Source of the DNA: Macrostomum lignano
Taxonomy: Eukaryota
Reading direction: 5' to 3'
Assembly: GCA_002269645.1 (NCBI GenBank)
Contig: NIVC01000083.1
Span: forward strand, 530,101 to 594,100
Length of the DNA stretch: 64,000 nt
Part shown: positions 37,916-48,901 of the stretch, in pieces
How the letters are laid out: every line of letters begins with the position of its first letter
Numbering within the stretch: position 1 is the first letter of the stretch
The notes under the pieces: generated by a model
Databases searched by the model: none
Seen by the model: only the letters and a program-made list of their open reading frames with translations
What the model was told of the DNA's origin: nothing
Made by a program: the position numbers and the translations under genes

Positions 37916-39014
37916 ATAAAAACCGTGGCGCCTAATAAAATATTATTAAAACATCTTTAATGAGTAATGAGAGCTAAACTGAGCACTGTCTCCTAATTTA
38001 TCGTAGCTTGAAACATTCGCATTATTTTAACTAATTCGACCATTTGGTTCCTACTGATTAGTTAGTAGTGATTTGAGCATATCTTTGTGTATAATAATGT
38101 AATTTACTATAACTACATACGAGTACTGCATAGTGTGATAATAAAAAGTCAGGTTCGGTGGCAACAGGTGAATCTGATTAATTTGCCTCTTTTTTGCATT
38201 GTTTCTGCGTGCTTCAACTGAATTCGTGTAATTTTTGTTATACGGATTGAAAAATTATCGCTCTTTCTTTACTCAGATTTAACAGTCGGGTGGCTCAACC
38301 TAACTGCACTACTTCTATTAGTAGGCATGTGACGAGTATTTTTGTCAATTTTTTCTCTTAAAAAACTGAAAAAGTGTTTCCGTTTCGTCCCTAAAGTGAG
38401 ATAATTTAATTTAAATTTGCGCTGGTGTTGTAGTACATGCTGTACTTTTTATATAATAGACTTACATCTCCTCTGTACAGTTGTGTCAGTCGCTTATAAA
38501 GTTGGTTCTCAGTTTCCCGGATCGTTATGAATGATGCCTGCGATGCAATTTCAGGTATGCAAAAAGACACATATGCTAACAGATTCTGTCTGCGAGTCCA
38601 TGAACTAATAAAAGATTAAAACTATAATTTTAGAGACGATCTGCTTGCGTATTTCCTGCTGTACACTTTTTGCCACTTTAGTAACTTACTTAACAAGTAC
38701 AGCCAGTGCTTTATAATATTTCCCATCTATTAATTTGGGCTGCAGTGTGTGGTGTAATACTATAGTACCCTAACCTGCGCGCTCAAGTGTAAAAAAAATG
38801 ATTACACCTTTAAATAGTACCTGTGTAGTTAGTAATGCTCCGTTTAGGTTTTTGTAGACAAAAAAGCATCAGTCCCGATTTAACTTCAGTTATATAATAA
38901 CAAAAGAAACTGTTTTTATCAAACCTGGAAGTCGTTGTCATTTTGCTATTCTCCTGTATGCTCTGTGAATGCGTTAAGTTCCTTTGTCTTTGTATTATAT
39001 AATTTAATGTATTA

Positions 39015-39045
<31 letters not shown>

Positions 39046-39334
39046 CGATTTTTGCAACGCATTGTCTTGACCTTGACCTTGCAGCAAGCAACAACATTGG
39101 AAATATAAATATATATTTTATGCACAAAAAACCCAACAGAGCTGCATCTATATATTGCTTATAGTTGAGAGCCATCCATTACTAAATTTATTTGCAATGT
39201 GTTTTCTTAGTTTCTCCTTCTAACAGTTCTATTTTGGATCAAACCTCCATCCGGCCCTCGGGTCCTTTGAAACTTAACAATACCAATCCGACACGCCTGA
39301 GACTGGCAGCCTTTTCAGCCTTTCTCTCTAATTT

Positions 39335-39828
39335 CCTCTCCTCTCTCTTCTCCTCTTTCCTCTCTCTCCTCTCCTCTCTCTTCGCTCTCCTCTCTATTCG
39401 CTCTTCTCTTCCTCTCTTCTCTTCTCACTTCTCCACTCTCCTCTCTTCTCTCCTCTCCTCTCTCCTCTCCTCTCCTCTCTTCTCTCCTCTCTCCCCTCTC
39501 CTCTCCCCCTCCTCTCCTCTTTCCTCTATCTCTTTTACTCTCTTCTCTCCTCTGTCCTCTTCTCTCCTCTCTCTCTCTCCTCTCCTCCTTTTTGCTTTCT
39601 CTTTCCCTCTCCTCTCTTCGCTCTCCTCTCTTCTCTTCTCACCTCTCCACTCTCCTCTCTCTCCTCCCCCTCTCTCTCTCCACTCTCCTCTCCTTTTTCT
39701 CCTCTCTTCTCTCCTCTTTCCTCTCTTCTCTTCTCCTCTCTTTCCCCTCTCCTCTCCCCCTCCTCTCCTCTTTCCTCTATCTCTTTTACTCTCTTCTCTC
39801 CTCTCCTCTCCCTCCTCTTCTCTCCTCT
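39335..39828. repeat. Polypyrimidine (CT-rich) low-complexity tract
   Basis: About 500 nt almost entirely C/T. Confidence 0.95.
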
Positions 39829-40604
39829 AGATATTAATAAAAACTTTGTTACCACTTGTATAACACCCTACAACCTTAAGTTTCATGCTGCTAAAACTAA
39901 TAACTGAAATCGTCGCTTTATGTAATAAATTTTTATGGTTTAGTACAGTACTGTATTGGGATTTTCGAAACTGCACAGTTTTGTTACATTTTGTTACATC
40001 ATTGTTACATTTATTCAGCCATGTCATAGTCATGTCATTATGCTATAAAGATAATGGGGTAAAATTTTCGTGAGAGTTTTTCAATAAATAAATTAGTACA
40101 AGTTACCAACTTAAATGTTATTAATACATCAGTTTAAATTGAGGAATTTTGCTTGTCTTACATGTAAATTACCTGTCTCTCGTACGCTCGTATGCAGATA
40201 TAACAAAGTCGTTACCCTGTTACAAATATGCAGAACAACAATTTTAGGATAAGTTAGTCAAAAATGTATTCATCTATTTAGACATCAATTAATTATTTTT
40301 ACTTTAGGCATAACAAACTCACGTTTACTGGTATATTTATTAAATAAAACTGTCCATTACTTAACTACGAGATAATATCATGCTTAAGTACGAGGGGTGT
40401 TCCATATGTTTTACGGTGAAAGTGTCTGCTTCTGTTTTGTTGATCAATAAATACCCAAAATGGGTAGGACTTGTGGAACACACTCCCGTTAGGAAACAGT
40501 TATTTTTACAGGTAAAATATGAGGCTCTAAGGAACTTTCATCATGCCTTCCCATGCTCAGCCTTTCTCAGCCATTCAAATCTCAAATCTCATCCCAAATC
40601 TCAC

Positions 40605-42410
40605 CATGAGCCTTGAAATCTCGGCGATTCCCCCATGAGCCTTGGCATCTCAGCAATTCCCCCATGAGCCTTGGCATCTCAGCAATTCCCCCATGAGCCT
40701 TGGCATCTCAGCAATTCCCCTATGAGCCTTGAAAGCTCAGCTATTCCCCCATGAGCCTTGAAAGCTCAGCTATTCCCCCATGAGCCTTGAAAGCTCAGCT
40801 ATTCCCCCATGAGCCTTGAAATCTCAGCGATTCCCCCATGAGCCTTGAAATCTTAGCTATTCCCCCATGAGCCTTGAAATCTCAGCTATTCCCCTATGAG
40901 CCTTGAAAGCTCAGCTATTCCCCCATGAGCCTTGAAAGCTCAGCTATTCCCCCATGAGCCTTGAAATCTCAGCGATTCCCCCATGAGACTTGAAATCTTA
41001 GCTATTCCCCCATGAGCCTTGAAATCTCAGCTATTCCCCTATGAGCCTTGAAATCTCAGCTATTCCCCTATGAGCCTTGAAAACTCAGCTATTCCCCTAT
41101 GAGCCTTGAAATCTCAGCTATTCCCCTATGAGCCTTGAAATCTCAGCTATTCCCCCATGAGCCTTGGCATCTCAGCAATTCCCCCATGAGCCTTGGCATC
41201 TCAGCAATTCTCCCATGAGCCTTGGCATCTCAGCAATTCCCCCATGAGCCTTGGCATCTCAGCAATTCCCCCATGAGCCTTGGCATCTCAGCAATTCCCC
41301 CATGAGCCTTGAAATCTCGGCAATTCCCCCATGATACTTGAAATCTCAGCCATTCCCAATGAGCCTTGAAATCTCAGCCATTCCCCAATGAGCCTTGAAA
41401 TCTTGGCGATTCCCCCATGAGCCTTGAAATCTTGGCGATTCCCCCATGAGCCTTGAAATCTTGGCGATTCCCCCATGAGCCTTGAAATCTCGGCGATTCC
41501 CCCATGAGCCTTGGCATCTCAGCAATTCCCCCATGAGCCTTGAAATCTCAGCAATTCCCCATGAGCCTTGGCATCTCAGCAATTCCCCCATGAGCCTTGA
41601 AATCTCAGCAATTCCCCATGAGCCTTGGCATCTTAGCAATTCCCCCATGAGCCTTGGCATCTCAGCAATTCCCCATGAGCCTTGGCATCTCAGCAATTCC
41701 CCCATGAGCCTTGGCATCTCAGCAATTCCCCCATGAGCCTTGGCATCTCAGCAATTCCCCCATGAGCCTTGGCATCTCAGCAATTCCCCGATGAGCCTTG
41801 AAATCTCGGCAATTCCCCCATGAGACTTGAAATTTCAGCCATTCCCCAATGAGCCTTGGCATCTCAGCAATTCCCCATGAGCCTTGGCATCTCAGCAATT
41901 CCCCCATGAGCCTTGGCATCTCAGCAATTCCCCCATGAGCCTTGGCATCTCAGCAATTCCCCCATGAGCCTTGGCATCTCAGCAATTCCCCCATGAGCCT
42001 TGGCATCTCAGCAATTCCCCCATGAGCCTTGGCATCTCAGCAATTCCCCCATGAGCCTTGGCATCTCAGCAATTCCCCCATGAGCCTTGGCATCTCAGCA
42101 ATTCCCCCATGAGCCTTGGCATCTCAGCAATTCCCCCATGAGCCTTGAAATCTCAGCCATTCCCCGATGAGCCTTGAAATCTCGGCAATTCCCCCATGAG
42201 ACTTGAAATCTCAGCCATTCCCCGATGAGCCTTGAAATCTCGGCAATTCCCCCATGAGCCTTGGCATCTCAGCAATTCCCCCATGAGCCTTGAAATCTTG
42301 GCGATTCCCCCATGAGCTTTGGCATCTCAGCAATTCCCCCATGAGCATTGAAATCTTAGCAATCCCCAGATGATCGAGCCTTGAAATCTCAGCGATTCCT
42401 CATGAGCCTT
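40605..42410. repeat. 26-27-bp minisatellite (CCCCCATGAGCCTTGGCATCTCAGCAATT), 1.8 kb
   Basis: About 65 tandem units ending ~130 nt downstream of the caspase stop. Confidence 0.95.
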
Positions 42411-42545
42411 ATAATCAGTCAGAATTTTTTCATTCGAAACAGTGGATCCGAAGTCGCATCTGTAGGGGGTCTCATTTCAGGGAGGCGAAATTGCGACATG
42501 CAAAAAATTGCATGTCCATGATTTCGGTATGATACGTTTCGCGTT

Positions 42546-45500
42546 TCATAAGTACAGCTTCTTGGACAGCTGGGACACAGTCTGCGGCACTGCATAGCAA
42601 GCAACAACACCTTGCGCACTTTCAATCGGAGTCTCCTTGAGTCGCCGGTTCACAATGGTGAGCATGTCGGCCAGGTGCTCAGTGCGGTGGTACTCCGTAA
42701 TTACCTTGCACAGAGTCTGTATGAATGGCGAAACTTCCTCCTCGGTGTTGCCCCGGTACGAAGCGTATCCTTCGGTGGCTGAGTAGAAGATCAGGATGTC
42801 GCTCTCGACTGGGCTGTACGAACTGTCACCGCTGGGCCCAAAGTCTGTGGGTCGTTGAACGTCCATCCGTTCTCCACGACACGCTTGGATGATGAACACC
42901 TTTGGTTTGTGTTGTAGTGCTGAGCAATGGTAGGAGTTGAACTGGTCTACAATTTCCTTGATTTGCAGTTCCTTTCCGTCCGGTACTACAATTTTTCCGT
43001 TGTTTCCATGGGCCATAATCACGCATATCAGCCAGCCATGCTTTTCAAGTCTCATGCTGTCTTTTGCCAGCGTTTTAAGCTGCTTCTTCATCTCCTTGTG
43101 TCCTTGATTCTCAAATACTTCGATTTCACAACTCAGCTCGGTCGCCATCTTGCGTAGAGCATTTACGTCGCTGCTAGATCCTACGCGTTGATCGTATCTA
43201 CTTTTGTCCTCGTAATCGCAAATGTTGAAAACTTGAAACAGTCCAGATGACGCCAAATGACTGTATCGAAGTGCGTCTTCAACTCCACTTGATCTGCAAT
43301 ATAAAATCGTTTTGTCAACCTTGATGGTGCTTGTGTGTCCTGGACGGATAGTGTTGACCCTGTCTGATGGGTGCTCGCTCGGCTGCCTGATTAACGAGAC
43401 TCAAGCTCTAGCAGTTGGAACACCCAGCTCCACAAGGTCCAACCTATACTATGCTGGCCCGACCTAGAGTCTCCTGGTGGATCTCCTAGCAACCTCGTTT
43501 AACAACAAAACAGTTTTACTTTCTACTTTTTTGGCATAGTTAATCAGATGGCCTAATCAGTAATGTCTAATCTAGAATTTTGCGGAGCTGGTAAAAATCA
43601 ACCGCATAATCGATAGATCGATCGGGACACTGCATGGAAAGCAACCTACTATTGCAAAAGTACATGGCGGAATTCCCGTAACACGGCGCCGAACAACTAT
43701 TCAGCTAGACCCTCATGCTGGCAGACAGGGTTTTTACTAATAGACAGGCTGTGCTGTGAGTAGGTGCTCACGCAGGGTGTAGAGTGGCCCTTTACCTTTC
43801 TAATCGCCAGGCTTGTACGTACACTTTGTCTTGGGGTTGGCCCTTATACATGTAGTAGGAGTAAATCGTACGACAACCTCCCAAACCACTTTTTGTGTCA
43901 ATACGACTCAATAGTTTCGTTTCGCGTCATGAGTTTAAAAATAAGAAATAAAGTTTTTTTTTCAAAAAGATGCCAATACGGTGACTAACCTTTTGCTGCT
44001 GTTGCTCCTCCAATTCCGATATGAATTGCGAAACCGCTCTCTTAGGGACAACTGCGATTCAGTCTTTCTCATGCCAGCAGTCGTGTTTGCGTCTCTCTCC
44101 GTTATTGAGGAGTCCGGAGAGACGCCGCTGGCTCTGCAAAAGGCGCATTCGGAATTAAATTAAACCAGAGTCACTCTAGGCATATGTTACTGTTCGCAGG
44201 CAATTAACGTACGTCTGCATCAGTGTAGACAGTGCCGGGTTCAAAGCGCTGCTCTTAGACAGCACTAGCGCCGTCCTGCCCTCGCTGTCTACCATTGTGC
44301 AGTCGGCACCCATGCTCACCATGGTGAGAACTGTGCTAGCAACCTGGCTTGGCGATGTTGCCGCCCACATCACTGGCGTCTGGCCTTCCGAGTCGCTTAT
44401 GTTGACCGGCACGCCCTCCTCAACCAGAAGCTTGACCGCGTGCATCTTACTGCGCAGTGCGGCAAAGTGCAAGCTGGTTTCGCCGTTCACATCCGCTGCC
44501 GTCGGATCGCCGACTTGAATTAAGGCGTGTAGCGTTTGTTGCTTTTTTTCTAACGGTTTGATGTCGGATTCAGCTGCCCAGGAGAGCACAGTACGACCCG
44601 TTTCATCTGGCAGGTCACAATTAACTCGAGTGACCACCAGCTGCAGCTCGGTGTAGTTTCCTTCTATCGCCAGGCGCTTCATCTTTTCGAATTGGCTCTG
44701 TTGGTGCAAGTTTGTCAATAAGAGGCTTCATCAGTTTTCTGTAGTTCCGTGTGACAAATTTGAAAAATCACTACATAGGTTTTTTAATTAACTTAAACTT
44801 ACTTTTTTCGCAAGACCGCGGAGCTTTCCATCACCTGATAGTGACAATATTGCTTCGCTGCGGTGAATCAATGAATGGAAGTTTAGTCAATTGAGTATGT
44901 TGTTGAATATTTCTGCACTCAAATGCCTGGTATGTAAAGTTGGCACGCCCTATCCGCGTGATTAGCCTTGCACCCACCCGGCCCGGCTCCATTTCATCTT
45001 GCTCTGACACTCGCCCCTTTTGCAGAGCATCGTTCCCATTTTACCTCTTGAAGTGACGGTTCGTTGGTTTGTGAGCTGGGTAACTGTGTGGAGCTTGCTT
45101 GCCTAACTTTATTCACTTTGTTTGCATTTTGCCCTTGCGATCAGCGTGTTCTATAATGTACTCAGTAAACCAATGCGTACTCTGTGCAATACAATGTGCA
45201 TTGTTTTCGATATCTGCCCCCCATTGGTAACTGCATATCAAATGCATATTCTTGTAGGTTTTCATTTGTACATACATCTGTGAGCTATGCGTTTGTGAGC
45301 TACATCTGGGGCAAAATGCGCTGCCGGTGAAAAGATTTGCAGGCAAAACTCTTACTCCTCCCATTGTTCTTGATTTGCTGTTTTTTGCTTACTTGCTTAT
45401 AATTTCGACCATTTCCTGTACAATGTTTCCGTTATGATGGCTGTCTTTGGCCAGGGCTAACGCAGTCTTTCCTTTCTTATTCCTGATATTCAACAGTTCC

Positions 45501-46255
45501 TTCTTTCTGTGGAAATATCGCTTCTGCCTGAACAAGTGCAGCAGGTGCTTGGCACATCTGAATCGGCAATTCCGCACAGCCTCCATCAGTGGGGTGCAGT
45601 TCTCTCCGTTTGTCAGAAATTTGGCCTCAAACGGTAGCAGAGCGAGAATCCGCAAGTTGCCGCACCTTGCCGCCACGTGAGCCGCCGTGTCGCCGTTGCA
45701 GTCTACGGCGGCTGGGTCTGCCCCCAGTTTTAGGATGTGCTCAATGCACCTCGAGTATCGCTTGTGAGGACAGGAAACTTTTGCAACGGCTATGAGCACA
45801 GTGCATCCTTTGCTGTCTTTATCTTTTAGAATTTCGCGTAGATTTTTTATTTCGAGCAAACGATCGATATTTCCGTCGAAAATGAGGTATATAACCTGAA
45901 ATTTGTGCAAAAGTACACAATGTACACAGCTGACAAGTGCATGCTATTTGTCAGTGCAGGAGCATACTGGTGCACTCTAGCTTCTGATAATTCGAAGGCT
46001 GGTTGGTGATAAACTGAACTCCGATAGTGTAAATTTAAATACAAATTTAGAAAGCGCTGGCTTAAAATACACGGACATTTATAGGTGCATTTAGACACGG
46101 ATATGGGAGCAATTTTGAAATGGTTCAAAAGACGCAAACTGTACATGTATCATTAGGACAGTCTAATTTTGAAATGTACCTTAAATGCAAGATGCATAAT
46201 TATACATTTAAAAGCATTTGCGCACCCTTACCTGTTGATAGGACTCGTTAGCCAT
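42546..46255 (-). CDS. Ankyrin-repeat / caspase (peptidase C14) fusion protein, 652 aa
   Basis: Minus-strand exons 46232-46255, 45393-45895, 44803-44857, 44213-44697, 43990-44133, 42546-43293. All are GT-AG, phases 0,2,0,2,2, total 1959 nt. Ankyrin motifs DCNGDTAAHVAARCG, NGENCTPLMEAV, DETGRTVLSWAA, DVNGETSLHFAA, DSEGQTPVMWAA. Caspase motifs RVGSSSD, CVIMAHG, KPKVFIIQACRG, SDILIFYSATEGYASYR, FIQTLC. Confidence 0.8.
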
Positions 46256-46744
46256 TAATAGCAGCAGGTGAAATAATTAAAATAATTATTTTATGTTGGG
46301 CCTCAGACGACACTAAAGTTTTGGCATCTGCTGAGTGTTGTGGGTAGATATATAGACACGATAGCAGAAGTCACACAGCTAATTAAAAATAGATATGACG
46401 AGACAATTCACCCTAGTGTTCGTTAAAACAGTGTACTAATATTTGCTCTTAGATCAACAGTGCTCTTTTCAAGGCACTCTACTCAAAACGAACTACTTGG
46501 GTATAAAATTTCTTTTGGCCTCTGTGTTATGACTGTTCGTTATTGTGCAAAGTCTGAGTTTCAGAACAACACTGTGTTTTTTAACACTGTACAGACATTT
46601 TTAGTATTAAAGTAGCAATCTTCGCCCCCCCCCCAATGGGGGACATCTGGATAGAATCCTTGTTCTTTACAAATAAACAAATAGACAGCGAAATAAAGCT
46701 TTCATAAAGAAACAACAGACATTCCCTATAAAAAAAACATCCCA

Positions 46745-47520
46745 AGACAGCAAGCATCCCCTGACAGCATTCAAGCATCGATCCCAAAATAGCAAGCATC
46801 CCCCAGACTGCAAGTATCCCCCAGACAGCAAGCATCCCCCAGACTGCAAGTATCCCCCAGATAGCAAGCATCCCCCAGATAGCAAGCATCCCCAGATAGC
46901 AAGCATCCCCCAGATAGCAAGCATCCCCCAGATAGCAAGCATCCCCCAGATAGCAAGCATCCCCCAGACCCCAGATAGCAAGCATCCCCCAGATAGCAAG
47001 CATCCCCCAGATAGCAAGCATCCCCCAGACCCCAGATAGCAAGCATCCCCCAGATAGCAAGCATCCCCAGACCCCAGATAGCAAGCATCCCCCAGATAGC
47101 AAGCATCCCCCAGACCCCAGATAGCAAGCATCCCCCAGATAGCAAGCATCCCCCAGACCCCAGATAGCAAGCATCCCCCAGATAGCAAGCATCCCCAGAC
47201 CCCAGATAGCAAGCATCCCCCAGATAGCAAGCATCCCCCAGACCCCAGATAGCAAGCATCCCCAGATAGCAAGCATCCCCCAGACCCCAGATAGCAAGCA
47301 TCCCCAGACCCCAGATAGCAAGCATCCCCCAGATAGCAAGCATCCCCCAGACCCCAGATAGCAAGCATCCCCCAGACCCCAGATAGCAAGCATCCCCCAG
47401 ATAGCAAGCATCCCCCAGACCCCAGATAGCAAGCATCCCCCAGACCCCAGATAGCAAGCATCCCCCAGATAGCAAGCATCCCCCAGACCTCAGATAGCAA
47501 GCATCCCCCAGATAGCAAGT
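46745..47520. repeat. 18-bp minisatellite (GATAGCAAGCATCCCCCA) with ACCCCAG inserts
   Basis: Tandem array between the two duplicated first-exon blocks. Confidence 0.95.
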
Positions 47521-47703
47521 ACCCTCCATCCCCCAAGAGCAAGCATCTCCCAATAGCAAGTTATCCCAGTAGCTACTCAGGGCAAGCGATATTCAGGAAA
47601 CTTTTGCAGCACACATTCTAATTGTGAGACGCATTAAGACGCTTAATGATACATAATTATACATTTCTAAGTTCATGGGTGTATGCGTCCCAGTCACCCT
47701 TAC

Positions 47704-47727
47704 CTGTTCATAGGAATCGTTCGCCAT
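47704..47727 (-). CDS. Candidate alternative first coding exon (MANDSYEQ) of the ankyrin-caspase gene
   Basis: Paralog of 46232-46255 (MANESYQQ), with the same CAG|GTAAGG phase-0 donor, inside a duplicated block. Confidence 0.5.
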
Positions 47728-48279
47728 TAACAGAAGCAGGTAGAATAAAAAAATAATGCTATGCTAGCCAAAGACAACACTAAATCTTATGCATTTGCAT
47801 AGCGGTTGTGGGCAGATATAGACACAATAGATGTAAAGCTAATTAAAAATAGACCTGACGAAATACTTGTAGGTTCCTTGAACAGTGCTTCTCTTGTACC
47901 TGCGCTCACCTTTGCACTTTTCAATAGTTCAATAAAGGCTTCTTTTTGCCTGTGTTACGACTGTTCGTTAGTGTGCTAGTCTCTGAGTTTCAGAACAATA
48001 CAGTTTTTTTCAACACTGTACGAACATCTTTAGCAATAAATATAGAGGTCAGTCAATTTAGGGACTTAGAGCTAAATATCAATAATAAAAATGAATTAAG
48101 AGCAGCAATTACTAAACTCATCGTATACTCGTATTTTGAGCCAGTTAAGCAGCCCAGCAAGAACTCAGTTTTAGGTCAATCGGCAGTTAGCATGCACTGT
48201 GTATTTCAATATAAATAACAATTCGTTTAATGCATTTGTTTGAATATTAGCTTTATAGAGAGAAATGTAGACGCATACG

Positions 48280-48810
48280 TTTGAACTGGAGCGGGTGTAC
48301 ATTGGGGAAGGGGTTTTGAACTGGAGCGGGTGTACATTGGGGAAGGGGTTTTGAACTGGAGCGAGTGTACATTGGGGAAGGGGGATTGAACTGGAGCGGG
48401 TGTACATTGGGGAAGGGGGTTTGAACTGGAGCGGGTGTACATTGGGGAAGGGGTTTTGAACTGGAGCGGGTGTACATTGGGGAAGGGGTTTTGAACTGGA
48501 GCGGGTGTACATTGGGGAAGAGGTTTTGAACTGGAGCGAGTGTACATTGGGGAAGGGGGATTGAACTGGAGCGGGTGTACATTGGGGAAGGGGGTTTGAA
48601 CTGGAGCGGGTGTACATTGGGAAAGGGGGTTTGAACTGGAGTGGGTGTACATTGGGGAAGGGGGATTGAACTGGAGCGGGTGTACATTGGGGAAGGGGGT
48701 TTGAACTGGAGCGGGTGTACATTGGGGAAGGGGGATTGAACTGGAGCGGGTGTACATTGGGGAAGGGGGTTTGAACTGGAGCGGGTGTACATTGGGGAAG
48801 GGGTTTTGAA
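48280..48810. repeat. 30-bp minisatellite (TTGAACTGGAGCGGGTGTACATTGGGGAAG-GG)
   Basis: About 17 tandem units just downstream of the COQ4 stop. Confidence 0.95.
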
Positions 48811-48901
48811 TCGGACAGAGGGTCCATTGGGGTACATTCTAATATCTAATATGATGTTAGCAATTAATTTCTCACATAAATGATGACAATATTCGTACAA
48901 G

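Noticed and set aside
39192-39855. Ser/Leu-rich and Glu/Arg-rich ORFs
   Set aside because: Products of a CT-rich low-complexity tract.
44680-44735. CTGATGA...GAAA hammerhead-like core on the minus strand
   Set aside because: No flanking helices could be paired, and part of it overlaps coding sequence.
44698-44738. Alternative acceptor (ACTACAG| at 44738) for the ankyrin gene
   Set aside because: In the incoming phase it yields KTDEASY-stop. The 44697 acceptor keeps the frame into the second ankyrin block and is preferred, but RNA data are needed to decide.
19211-46255. FReD + TRABID + ankyrin-caspase as a functional immune gene cluster
   Set aside because: They are interspersed with unrelated housekeeping genes on both strands, and proximity alone is not evidence of co-function in an animal genome.
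46581-48900. ORFs of 176-291 aa (GDACYL, MYTRSSS repeats)
   Set aside because: Frame-open translations of 18-bp and 30-bp tandem repeats.
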